This document shows, piece after piece, positions 50,146-59,250 of a DNA stretch of 64,000 nucleotides. The notes beneath the pieces were generated by a model. That model saw only the letters and a list, made by a program, of their open reading frames with translations. It was not told the origin of the DNA and ran no database searches. Location: NCBI GenBank assembly GCA_009691685.1, contig SIAU01000003.1, positions 4,323 to 68,322 of the forward strand, given 5' to 3'. How positions within the stretch are numbered: position 1 is the first letter of the stretch; the number at the start of each line of letters is the position of its first letter. The DNA is from Opitutales bacterium. GTDB taxonomy: Bacteria; Verrucomicrobiota; Verrucomicrobiia; Opitutales; UBA953. The position numbers and the translations under genes were made by a program.

Positions 50146-51633
50146 ATGAACCCACCCAATGACATACTCTACATCTTTGAGATGGCTAATAACCATCAAG
50201 GAGACGTTCAACATGGCTTAAAAATAATCGACGCGATGGCAAAAATTGCTCGCGATAACGGAATCCGCGCGGCGGTTAAGTTTCAGTACCGAGACTTAGA
50301 CACTTTTATTCACCCTGCTCATCAATCTAGTGATAGTAAGCACATTAAGAGATTTCGTGAAACAAGATTAAGTCGAGAGCAGTACCTTACGCTGGTCGAA
50401 GCGACCCGCGAGGCAGGACTTATAACTATGTGTACACCTTTTGATGAGGTGTCGGTTAAAGACATTGTTAACCACGGGATAGAAATCATAAAAATCGCTT
50501 CTTGTAGTGCTAACGATTGGCCACTTTTAGAAGTTATTGCGGCAGCTCGTAAACCTGTAATTTGTTCAACGGGTGGTCTACGTATCGAGCAGATTGATAA
50601 AGTCGTAAATTTTCTAGAGCATCGCAAGGTAGACTTTTCGGTGCTCCATTGCGTCGGTATTTATCCCACGCCCACCGATGGGCTCTACCTTAACTTCATG
50701 GAGCGAATGATGAAGCGCTATAATTGGCTTCGCATCGGCTACTCTGGACATGAAAACCCAGATGATGTTGATGTTGTTAAAGTCGCCGTAGCCAAGGGTG
50801 CTCGTATCCTTGAGAGACACGTTGGAGTGGCAACACCCACATCACAATTAAACGCCTACTCTATGAGTCCTGAGCAGACCGATCGATGGGTTAAGGCTTC
50901 GATCAATGCTCTAAGAATTGGCGGATCTCAGGGTCAGGAAAAACAAATCGTACAAGTGGAGGTTGATTCACTTCAGTCGCTTCGCCGTGGTACCTATTTA
51001 AAAGTTGCTATTCGTAAAGGTGAAGTGATTAGCGCTGAAAAAGTTTATTTTGCGATGCCATGTGCTGCCGATCAAACATCAAGTTGCGAGTGGCTTGAAA
51101 CAATGGTGGCATCACGTGATTATAAAGTAGACGAAGGAATCCAGGAGCGTCGTCAATCGACCCTAGCAACTTCTTTACGCAGTTTAATTCACCAGGGCAA
51201 AGGAATGCTTTATGAAGCGGGTATCAAGATTGGTCCTAAATATACCGTTGAGATGTCTCATCATTATGGTCCAGAGAATTTCCGTTCACACGGTGCACTG
51301 ATTGTTAATCTTATTAACCGCGAATACTGTAAGAAACTGGTTATTGTGTTTCCAGGTCAGCGCCACCCCAATCATCGCCACCTTAAGAAAGAAGAGGTGT
51401 TTCAAGTTATTCATGGCGACCTCGAAGCGGTGGTGGACGGCAAAGTTCATCAACTTAAGCCAGGCGATATGGTCTTAGTTGAGAGGGGTATGTGGCACAG
51501 TTTTAACTCAACCCATGGATGTGTTTTTGAAGAAGTCTCTACGACGCATATTCTGGGAGATTCCTATTACGAAGATGAAAAAATAGCTAAACTGGATCTC
51601 GCACAACGGAAGACGCTTCTAGATATGTGGTAA
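50146..51633 (+). CDS. NeuB-family nonulosonate (sialic-acid-type) synthase with SAF domain and extra C-terminal cupin domain
   Basis: IFEMANNHQGD, AVKFQ, MCTPFD, IKIASCS, PVICSTG, VLHCVGIYPTP, GYSGHE and ERHVG form the NeuB TIM barrel. LRRGTYLKVAIRKGEVIS is the SAF domain. GQRHPNHRHLKKEEVFQVIHG ... PGDMVLVERGMWHSFN carries cupin motifs 1 and 2. Confidence 0.75.
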   Translation: MNPPNDILYIFEMANNHQGDVQHGLKIIDAMAKIARDNGIRAAVKFQYRDLDTFIHPAHQSSDSKHIKRFRETRLSREQYLTLVEATREAGLITMCTPFDEVSVKDIVNHGIEIIKIASCSANDWPLLEVIAAARKPVICSTGGLRIEQIDKVVNFLEHRKVDFSVLHCVGIYPTPTDGLYLNFMERMMKRYNWLRIGYSGHENPDDVDVVKVAVAKGARILERHVGVATPTSQLNAYSMSPEQTDRWVKASINALRIGGSQGQEKQIVQVEVDSLQSLRRGTYLKVAIRKGEVISAEKVYFAMPCAADQTSSCEWLETMVASRDYKVDEGIQERRQSTLATSLRSLIHQGKGMLYEAGIKIGPKYTVEMSHHYGPENFRSHGALIVNLINREYCKKLVIVFPGQRHPNHRHLKKEEVFQVIHGDLEAVVDGKVHQLKPGDMVLVERGMWHSFNSTHGCVFEEVSTTHILGDSYYEDEKIAKLDLAQRKTLLDMW

Positions 51634-51635
51634 GC

Positions 51636-52946
51636 ATGGCGACGATTGGCATACTCATTAATCACTACGACGCCCGGAATGACATTCGGGATTTAGTAGC
51701 AGAAATCGCCCAAAGTCATCGGGTGGTGTTATTATCGAAAGAAAATAACATAAACCACCCATTGCCCGTGGGGGTTGAGCTACGCCCTTTGGTATCGGCT
51801 TATCCTTATAAAAGAAAGTTTTGGACTAGATTATTTAGTTGGTTTGGTAAATTACCACGTTCTCGGGAAAATTATTACATTAATGAGCTTTTTAAATTAG
51901 GTCGACTAAGTCCCACTCAACAAACTTTTGGGAAGATAAAACTCAATCTGCAGATGTGGATGCCGAGGTTTATGAGCATCAATCAGCTTCTGCCCATCGT
52001 GTCGCAGTGCGATGCCACAGATATTTCCGACATCGACAGTTTTTTATTAATTACCGAATTTTCTGACATCCCCATGTTGGCGCGAATTTGTGACTCAGGA
52101 AAACCTGCATGGGCGTATCTTTATAGTTGGGATCACCCCTGCAAACATACCGTGCTTACGGACAGGCTTACTGGCTATCTTGTATGGAATCAAAAATTGG
52201 CAAAAGACATGGAAGAACTCCAAGGAATTTCTCAAAATAAGTGTAAAATTATCGGCGCTACCCAACTTTGTCCAATTGTGGACTACTTAGCTTCATCAAC
52301 AATGCTGCCTGGTCAAGGTCGCCTAGAAGGCAGCCCTTATTTTTATTTTGGATGCGGTACAGGTTATGCTCCACTTTCTCGACGGGAAATTAGACTGGTT
52401 GCGGAGCTAGCCGATCTCTTAAAGAAAGAATTTCCAGAACATTTATTATTAGTCAGACCTTATCCGATGTTTAACGACGATTCAGCGCTCGCTGAAATTA
52501 AATCCAAATCTAATGTACGTATTGATGATGAGTTTAGATCTTTCCAGGTCGGTCGGTCATTACGTTCGGTTGATATTCATAAGCGCCTAGATTTACAGCG
52601 TGGTTCAGCTTGTTTTATCCATGTTGGAACCACCATGGGGTATGAAGCCGCCTTCTTAGGCTGCCCTGTTGTCTTTATAAATCTTATTGCTGACTCAAAT
52701 ACAGGAGGAGCAGATGACACAGAAAGCTTAGCAACTTTTGCCCGTCAGTATCATGTACAGAGATATCTGGTCGGTAATTATCCGTCATCCGCCAATAATT
52801 TGTCGGAAGCGATGGACGCTTTAAAAACTGCAGTGAGTTCTCCCGATAAATTGATTTCATATAATAATTACGTTTCTTCGAAAACACCCTTATTGACGAT
52901 GACTGAATTAACTAAAGATATTTTGGGTCAGTTACTGCAAAAATAG
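51636..52946 (+). CDS. hypothetical protein, possible GT-B-fold glycosyl/nonulosonate transferase
   Basis: ATG at 51636. Two-lobed pattern with a C-terminal FIHVGTTMGYEAAFLGCPVVFI resembling GT-B donor-binding helices. No named family recognised. Confidence 0.4.
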   Translation: MATIGILINHYDARNDIRDLVAEIAQSHRVVLLSKENNINHPLPVGVELRPLVSAYPYKRKFWTRLFSWFGKLPRSRENYYINELFKLGRLSPTQQTFGKIKLNLQMWMPRFMSINQLLPIVSQCDATDISDIDSFLLITEFSDIPMLARICDSGKPAWAYLYSWDHPCKHTVLTDRLTGYLVWNQKLAKDMEELQGISQNKCKIIGATQLCPIVDYLASSTMLPGQGRLEGSPYFYFGCGTGYAPLSRREIRLVAELADLLKKEFPEHLLLVRPYPMFNDDSALAEIKSKSNVRIDDEFRSFQVGRSLRSVDIHKRLDLQRGSACFIHVGTTMGYEAAFLGCPVVFINLIADSNTGGADDTESLATFARQYHVQRYLVGNYPSSANNLSEAMDALKTAVSSPDKLISYNNYVSSKTPLLTMTELTKDILGQLLQK

Positions 52947-52956
52947 GCGCCAAACA

Positions 52957-53499
52957 ATGAGTCGTATTTTCTATATTATATTTCGTTTTCATGCCTATGT
53001 TTTAAGGCGTTGGGTAAGTTGTATTCCTTTTCACTTAATCCGACTTCAAATATATCGTTGGTCTGGACTTACAGCTGGTAAGAAATGCTCTATTTTAATG
53101 GGCTGTGAGTTGCGCTATCCTAACAAAATTATTTTGGGTGATCACTGTGTTATTAATAGGGATGTATTACTGGATGGCCGTGGTGGGCCTTTAACTATCG
53201 GTAATAATGTCGATATAGCTCAAGAGGTGGTCATTTGGACCCTGGGACACGATATCCAAGACGACTTTCACCGCGATAAAGGAGCACCGGTAACCATTGA
53301 GGACTACGCGTGGATTGGCCATCGAGCCATTATCATGCCGGGAGTGACGATTGGCCGCGGTGCTGTGGTGGCTGCTGGTGCGGTGGTTACTAAGAGCGTT
53401 GCACCTATGACCATTGTTGCCGGAGTTCCCGCGCAGGTAATCGGACAAAGAAAAAGTGCATTGAGTTACACTAAGTGCCATCGTCCTTGGTTTGAATAA
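52957..53499 (+). CDS. hexapeptide-repeat (left-handed beta-helix) O-acetyltransferase
   Basis: Hexapeptide repeats IGNNVDIAQEVVIW and IGHRAIIMPGVTIGRGAVVAAGAVV. N-terminal hydrophobic segment. Confidence 0.8.
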   Translation: MSRIFYIIFRFHAYVLRRWVSCIPFHLIRLQIYRWSGLTAGKKCSILMGCELRYPNKIILGDHCVINRDVLLDGRGGPLTIGNNVDIAQEVVIWTLGHDIQDDFHRDKGAPVTIEDYAWIGHRAIIMPGVTIGRGAVVAAGAVVTKSVAPMTIVAGVPAQVIGQRKSALSYTKCHRPWFE

Positions 53500-53516
53500 T
53501 CAGCAAATTCAAAAAT

Positions 53517-55064
53517 TTGAATTCCAGTTCTAATCATTCCAAAGTTGCTACAGCACAACTGTTTCGTGTGGGCATCCTAGTAGCATTTGGGGGTTTTTTC
53601 GTAACATCGACCACCGCCTGGTGCTATGGCGTTAGTGTAGAAGTAGCCACTTTTTTTGCGGCCTGGAGTATCTGTTCGTCTTTCCAGAGATTATTTCAAG
53701 CGGGTCAGCTCGCCGAAATTTCTTTACCACGTTACCTTAAAGAAAAAGAGGAATCAGGATTAAGTTATGCCATCGATCGATATTCTTTATTAACCAACTG
53801 GGTGACCATAGCGTCGATTATCTTATCCGGCGTGCTTGCCTTAATTGCGCCCTCTTTAGCTGAACTATTATTACCGGGGTTTGACCAGACTCAGACGAAC
53901 AAGGCGGTAGAATTATTTAGGGCATTAATGCCAGTCATCCCTGCTATTGTCTATGGGGGCTTCCTCCAATCATTGGGAAATGCCGAAAAACAGTACGGCA
54001 GATTTGAGTTATGGTTATTCTTTGGCCAACTCGCCGCCGCAATCTCGGTACTTATATTACATAATTCTCTGGGAGTTTGGGCGTTAGTTTGGTCTGCGTG
54101 GTTAACCCAATTGGTGGTGCTAATTGGTCGTCTCTTTTATTTAAATAAAGTCGGTTCTCGGCCGTCACTTTGCTTATGGATAAAAGGTTATAGCCCACGG
54201 CAATTGTTTTCTGAATTAGGCTTAACCAGTACCTATGTCGGGGTGACCCAACTTTATTTACTTTCGTTAAATGCCGCCTTAACTTTTCTCCCGCCAGGAT
54301 TGTTTGCCGTTTTTAAATACGCAGAACTTCTTTTTGATCGAACATCATCCTTGGTTCTTCGGCCTGTCAGCACTGTTTTTTTTACAGATATCAGTCTCGA
54401 GGCTTCGCGCGGGAAGTCGGGGTTGCCAAAATTAATCACCAACACTCTGGCTCATTTTGCTGATTACTGGGGTTTATACTTTTGTTTTATTGGCGCTTGC
54501 GCGACCCCGCTTATCTCGCTGGCCTGGGGCAACTCGAAATTTGACTGGGCAAATATATGCTTAACTTCAGAATTTTTGACCGTTCTCGCAGGCGTCTCTT
54601 TATTTCGTGCTATCGGTCTTGTTTTCAGAAAATACACCATCGCGGTCGGTTCGGCGCACTGGCAGTACACGGGGTATATATTGGTGCAGTTGATCATGGC
54701 CCTCATAACAGTGCCGATTGTTAAGACATTTGGATTTTGGGGTGGGGCATCCTTACTCTGTATTAACATTCTAATGTTTGGCTTGAGCGATCTCTTGGTC
54801 GCCATGACGACAGAAATTAAGCCAATAACTCTGATCCCTTATCGAGTATTTATAAAAACTTTTCTAATTTCTCTATTAACGATAATTACGGCAAAAGCTT
54901 TAAGCGACATGGTTTATGCTCAAACTTTAATTCCATTGGGTAACCACCGCATAGCCGATACGATTGCCTTAATCGCCGGAGGGGGCGTTGTTCTAATAAT
55001 GCTAGAGGTGGGAGGTCGGGCTATCGGACTTGGAGGAATTAAAGTTTTATTCAAAAAGTCATAA
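53517..55064 (+). CDS. MOP-superfamily polysaccharide flippase (Wzx/MurJ-like)
   Basis: 515 aa with about 12-14 TM helices in a glycan locus. TTG start. Confidence 0.65.
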   Translation: MNSSSNHSKVATAQLFRVGILVAFGGFFVTSTTAWCYGVSVEVATFFAAWSICSSFQRLFQAGQLAEISLPRYLKEKEESGLSYAIDRYSLLTNWVTIASIILSGVLALIAPSLAELLLPGFDQTQTNKAVELFRALMPVIPAIVYGGFLQSLGNAEKQYGRFELWLFFGQLAAAISVLILHNSLGVWALVWSAWLTQLVVLIGRLFYLNKVGSRPSLCLWIKGYSPRQLFSELGLTSTYVGVTQLYLLSLNAALTFLPPGLFAVFKYAELLFDRTSSLVLRPVSTVFFTDISLEASRGKSGLPKLITNTLAHFADYWGLYFCFIGACATPLISLAWGNSKFDWANICLTSEFLTVLAGVSLFRAIGLVFRKYTIAVGSAHWQYTGYILVQLIMALITVPIVKTFGFWGGASLLCINILMFGLSDLLVAMTTEIKPITLIPYRVFIKTFLISLLTIITAKALSDMVYAQTLIPLGNHRIADTIALIAGGGVVLIMLEVGGRAIGLGGIKVLFKKS

Positions 55065-55072
55065 CGTCCCAA

Positions 55073-55126
55073 TAAAAAAGAAGCGCATTAAGTTGCACTA
55101 AGTTTCACCGTCCTTGGTTTAAATAA
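55073..55126 (+). pseudogene. relic 3' end of a paralogous hexapeptide acetyltransferase gene
   Basis: 55083-55126 is 37/44 identical to 53456-53499. In the same frame it reads KRSALSCTKFHRPWFK-stop, against RKSALSYTKCHRPWFE-stop at the intact gene end. An in-frame TAA lies at 55073-55075. Confidence 0.6.
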
Positions 55127-55131
55127 AATTA

Positions 55132-55890
55132 ATGAAAAATACTGAATCAGTTTTTAGAGAAGCAGAGTTTAATCTCTGGGCACAACGTGCTAAGCTTGAA
55201 TTGGGTGAGCTGTATATGATTTCCCACTATCTCGACCCTCAGAAATCCACTCTAGAAGCGGGTGCGGGCGGCGGGCGTATTTTATTGGCCATGCAAGCAA
55301 TGGGTTTCAGCCAATTAAATGGATTCGATTTTTTACCAGAGTTTATCGAGGTCGCCCGCCAGCGTGATCAACAAGGCAAAATAAATTACCAAGTGCAAGA
55401 TGGTCGCAATTTAAATTACCCCTCTAACAGTTTTGAGCAGTTAATTTATCTTCAACAGTTAGTATCTTTAATCAGCGAAAAAACAGATCGTCAGAAAATG
55501 GTTACTGAAGCCTTTAGGGTTTTAAAACCGGGTGGTTTAATAATAGTGAATGTGCTTTGTATGAGAAGTCGTCAGGGTCTCTATAGCCTGCTACTTTTCT
55601 GGCTCAAATGCTTACGTATTATTTTAAATAAAAACTTAAGTATTCAAAACCAGCCTTGGCTAAGGCTTAAGGGTAAGCCGAATTTCAAAGCCCTATTGGA
55701 CCTTGGTCCCTATATTTATTGGTTTACTGAAAATGAAGCTGTGGAATTGTTTAAGTCGGCTGGATTTGTCATCGAGGCTTTGGGGTCCGATGCGCAAATT
55801 AAAAATAAAGGTTTATTCACCGCTTTAAGTGTTCCGCAAAATGAGCCGTTTACTGGTAGCCTATATTTAGTTTGTCGTAAGCCTTATTGA
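55132..55890 (+). CDS. class I SAM-dependent methyltransferase
   Basis: SAM motif I LEAGAGGGRIL and post-I DFLPEFIE. Confidence 0.8.
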   Translation: MKNTESVFREAEFNLWAQRAKLELGELYMISHYLDPQKSTLEAGAGGGRILLAMQAMGFSQLNGFDFLPEFIEVARQRDQQGKINYQVQDGRNLNYPSNSFEQLIYLQQLVSLISEKTDRQKMVTEAFRVLKPGGLIIVNVLCMRSRQGLYSLLLFWLKCLRIILNKNLSIQNQPWLRLKGKPNFKALLDLGPYIYWFTENEAVELFKSAGFVIEALGSDAQIKNKGLFTALSVPQNEPFTGSLYLVCRKPY

Positions 55891-55900
55891 TAAAACCGCT

Positions 55901-56974
55901 ATGATTAAAAAACAGTTAATGGTTGGAATCTTTCCCTTTGGGGGAAAGGAAAACCCTTACACTAAGATGGTGGCCGAGGCGGTTGAGCAAGGAGGGAACA
56001 CGGCCGTACCCATCCAAGACACTAAATTTTTCCCCATCCGCCGGGCCAGCCAATCGGGGGTGGATTTAATCCATATGTTTTGGCCGAGTAATTTTTATCA
56101 TTCTTCAACTTGGTTGGGCACCCAGGTTAAGAGAATCATGTTCGCGGATGGATTAAGATGTTTAAAGAAGCTACCCCTAATTTATTCTGCAGATAATTTA
56201 TACCCACACGATGCCCAGTCTTCTGAATTTGAAATAAAGCAAATTCAGAAGATCGTGAACGTAGCAGACGGAATTATTGTCGCGAGTAATGCCGCTAAAG
56301 AAATCTTTTTAAGAACATATACTATACCTAAGAAGACAGATTTCTTTATCGTACCTCATTGCAATTATATCGGAAAATATAAAGATACTATTACACGCGA
56401 GCAGGCACGCATTAAGCTGGGTATCGGTCCACAGGAAAAAGTCATGCTATCTCTGGGCCGAATTAATAAGTACAAGGGTCTGGGTTTATTAAGCGAAGCC
56501 TTCTTTAAGGCGGACGTTAAAGATTCCCATCTATTGATAGCCGGGTCTTGTAATCAGCCAGAGATAATTGAAGAAATTAATAAAAACAAAAAGTTATCTC
56601 ATGCCAAAATGACTATTCATTCTCGATTTATACCCGATGATGAAATCCAAATTTATATGCGGGCCGCCGATTGTGCTATTTTAAGTTACGACGACATACC
56701 TATGAACCCAGGCTCAGTTATTTTGGCTATGAGTTTCGGCTTGCCGGTATGTTGCGTTAATACCGGATCAGTTGCAGAAATTCTTGGCCCGCGTTGTCTG
56801 TTTGCCTATCAATCCAAGAACCTAAATTCTATGGTGGCCGCTATTCACGCCGCATTAGAGTGTCAGGATTTATCGGCGAGAGGCCGCGAAGCGTATGATA
56901 TCGCAGTAAAAAATCATTCGCCCGCACTCGTTGCTTCTCGGCTTCAGCAGGCCTATGCAGAAGTTACTCAATGA
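55901..56974 (+). CDS. GT-B glycosyltransferase (GT4-like)
   Basis: The C-terminal domain with GRINKYKGL ... PGSVILAMSFGLPV resembles the Glycos_transf_1 family. Confidence 0.7.
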   Translation: MIKKQLMVGIFPFGGKENPYTKMVAEAVEQGGNTAVPIQDTKFFPIRRASQSGVDLIHMFWPSNFYHSSTWLGTQVKRIMFADGLRCLKKLPLIYSADNLYPHDAQSSEFEIKQIQKIVNVADGIIVASNAAKEIFLRTYTIPKKTDFFIVPHCNYIGKYKDTITREQARIKLGIGPQEKVMLSLGRINKYKGLGLLSEAFFKADVKDSHLLIAGSCNQPEIIEEINKNKKLSHAKMTIHSRFIPDDEIQIYMRAADCAILSYDDIPMNPGSVILAMSFGLPVCCVNTGSVAEILGPRCLFAYQSKNLNSMVAAIHAALECQDLSARGREAYDIAVKNHSPALVASRLQQAYAEVTQ

Positions 56975-58095
56975 AGAAAAAAGTTATATTCATTACTACC
57001 TCCTGGGGGCAGGGTGGGACGGGTCCGGAAATCTATGCCCGCTACTTATGGGAGGCGTTTCGCGATGACCCTGAGATTGAATTTCATTTAGTCGCTTCGG
57101 GTTCCGACTCAACTCACCCACGATTACATTTAATTAAGCCCCCTGAAGGCTCATTAGCTTTATATAGGGCAGTAGCGGAGAAAGGATTGGCGTTGGCGCG
57201 TTCATTGGGTCCGTCCGGCATCCTGCATGTTAATAGTAGTAACTTGCATTCATGCCTACTCCATTCCCCATGGCCAGTGTGGGGGCAGATTAACGATTAC
57301 GAAAATACCACGGTTTTTTCTTCTGCTTTTAAAATCCTTAAAACATATGGCATCAGACGATGGTTTGCGCTGCTCCGACGTTGGTGGTTAGAGCGCCAAT
57401 TCGTCAATGAGCAGGCGCTGACCTTATGTAATTCTCAATTCACCCAGCAGAATATTTTAGCAGCCTATAAGCCAAAACATCCTGAGCGCCTTAAAGTTTT
57501 ATATAAAGCGGTAGACACTTCTCAATTTGAACGTCCTGCCGTCTTACCAGCCAATCCGCATCGGGTCGTTGATAGTCGCCCAGTAGTTTTATATGTGGGA
57601 TCAGATTTTCGTCGAAAAGGCTTAGACGATTTAATCAACGTATTACTTTTAATCAAAACTCCGTTACATTTATCAATCGCGGGCGTCACTGAACAGCAAT
57701 TCGTTAAGGAGTTTCCCGAATTAGCCTCTACATTAAACAATAAAGTTCACACTATTCAGTTTCATGGACAAACCCCGCGTGAAATAACGAAAGCACTTTT
57801 CTGGCATGCGAATTTATTTTGCCTACCCTCTCGATCGGAAGCCTTGGGTGTTGCGATTTTAGAAGCCTTAGCGGCAGGTTTGCCGTGTGTGGCAACCAGC
57901 GTCGGAGGCATTCCTGAAATTGCCCAACAGTTGGGTGGGTGTATTTTAGTTCCCTCTGATAGCCCACCGCAATTAGCCACCGCGATTAAACAAGCGATTA
58001 CCCGTCCTCCAGTGGTTTCAAAATCAGTTTTAAGCACCTCGCCTTTCACCGTTTCAGCCATGACCCAATCCTTACGTAGTTTATATTTAAAATGA
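56971..58095 (+). CDS. GT4-family glycosyltransferase
   Basis: PSRSEALGVAILEALAAGLPCVATSVGGIPEI (EX7E region). ATGA overlap with the upstream gene. Confidence 0.85.
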   Translation: MKKKVIFITTSWGQGGTGPEIYARYLWEAFRDDPEIEFHLVASGSDSTHPRLHLIKPPEGSLALYRAVAEKGLALARSLGPSGILHVNSSNLHSCLLHSPWPVWGQINDYENTTVFSSAFKILKTYGIRRWFALLRRWWLERQFVNEQALTLCNSQFTQQNILAAYKPKHPERLKVLYKAVDTSQFERPAVLPANPHRVVDSRPVVLYVGSDFRRKGLDDLINVLLLIKTPLHLSIAGVTEQQFVKEFPELASTLNNKVHTIQFHGQTPREITKALFWHANLFCLPSRSEALGVAILEALAAGLPCVATSVGGIPEIAQQLGGCILVPSDSPPQLATAIKQAITRPPVVSKSVLSTSPFTVSAMTQSLRSLYLK

Positions 58096-59249
58096 GCTCG
58101 CCTAATTTAGCTCCACGGTATTTTTACATTTTTGCTATTGGTTATGCGACGAGCCTAATTATCGATCCATCGGGCAACCTTTTACCGTACTTGAGTGTAT
58201 TTATGATCTTATATGGGTTGGCCATAGGATTTAGAAGTGCTGCTGGGAAACAATTCACACCCGTTGTTATTTTTGTGATAGGCGTTCTTCCTTTTGCCGC
58301 CCTCAACTGTTTAATTTCTTCAAACCCAACCGAATCTACCCTGAAATGGTTTCTTTGGCTAGGTGCTTTAATAGGAATGGCCTTAATGGCCTTACGTTGT
58401 GGTGCTAAATTAGATGAGCAGTTAGTTAAAAATATCGCCCCCGCCTTTTTTATTATTTGGGCTATTTTAGCATTAAGGGGAAATGCCATTGGTGATAATG
58501 CGAAAGAAAAGGCGGCGGCGCTACACCTCTCGGCATTCTACGCAAATTTAGTCATCGCTTCAGGAATGTTCATTCCCCACAAATTTTGGAGAGTGGTGGT
58601 GGTTTCGATAGGTGCGGTAGGTGCGGTTACTTCAGGATCTCGGGCCGCCTTCTTATTTTTACCTTTAGTCTTCGTTCCCGGCTTAATCTATTATTACCGA
58701 ATAAGATTTTCGTCCGCATTTTTCGCTGCTCTATTAATCGGAGGCCTTTATTTTATTGTGCAGAATGAGTCCTTACAGGCTTTAACCTTCGGGCGCAAAG
58801 GCGCAGAAATCACTAATATGAATGCGTTGGAGTTGGCACGAAAATCAGCAGGTGGCCGTGAGGCATTACGTGAAATTGGTATAGATTATATTAAGAAGCA
58901 ACCCTGGGGGTATGGCTACGGACAGAGTATCGATATCGTTCTCGAGGGTAAAAACATGGGAAGTAATCTGCACAATGGTTATCTCAATGTGGCCACCCAA
59001 ATGGGCCTGCATGTAATTCTCGTTTATTTTTGCTTTTTGATTTGGCTAATCTATAAATTATTCACCGACCAAAGAGTATCGAGAATTTCACGATTTTTTA
59101 CTCTGAGTATCATAACTTGTGTTATGTTAAGAGCAGTGAGTGAAAGCTTTAGTCTCTTCGACCTAGGTCACCCTGCTTCATTTCTATGTATTTTCTTAAT
59201 CTCCCTTTTTATCATCCGTTCAAACAACCCTCATAAACAATTTGTCTAA
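58092..59249 (+). CDS. O-antigen polymerase/ligase-family (Wzy_C) membrane protein
   Basis: Polytopic, with a loop motif SNLHNGYLNVATQMGLHVILVYF. ATGA overlap with the upstream gene. Confidence 0.7.
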   Translation: MSSPNLAPRYFYIFAIGYATSLIIDPSGNLLPYLSVFMILYGLAIGFRSAAGKQFTPVVIFVIGVLPFAALNCLISSNPTESTLKWFLWLGALIGMALMALRCGAKLDEQLVKNIAPAFFIIWAILALRGNAIGDNAKEKAAALHLSAFYANLVIASGMFIPHKFWRVVVVSIGAVGAVTSGSRAAFLFLPLVFVPGLIYYYRIRFSSAFFAALLIGGLYFIVQNESLQALTFGRKGAEITNMNALELARKSAGGREALREIGIDYIKKQPWGYGYGQSIDIVLEGKNMGSNLHNGYLNVATQMGLHVILVYFCFLIWLIYKLFTDQRVSRISRFFTLSIITCVMLRAVSESFSLFDLGHPASFLCIFLISLFIIRSNNPHKQFV

Positions 59250-59250
59250 C

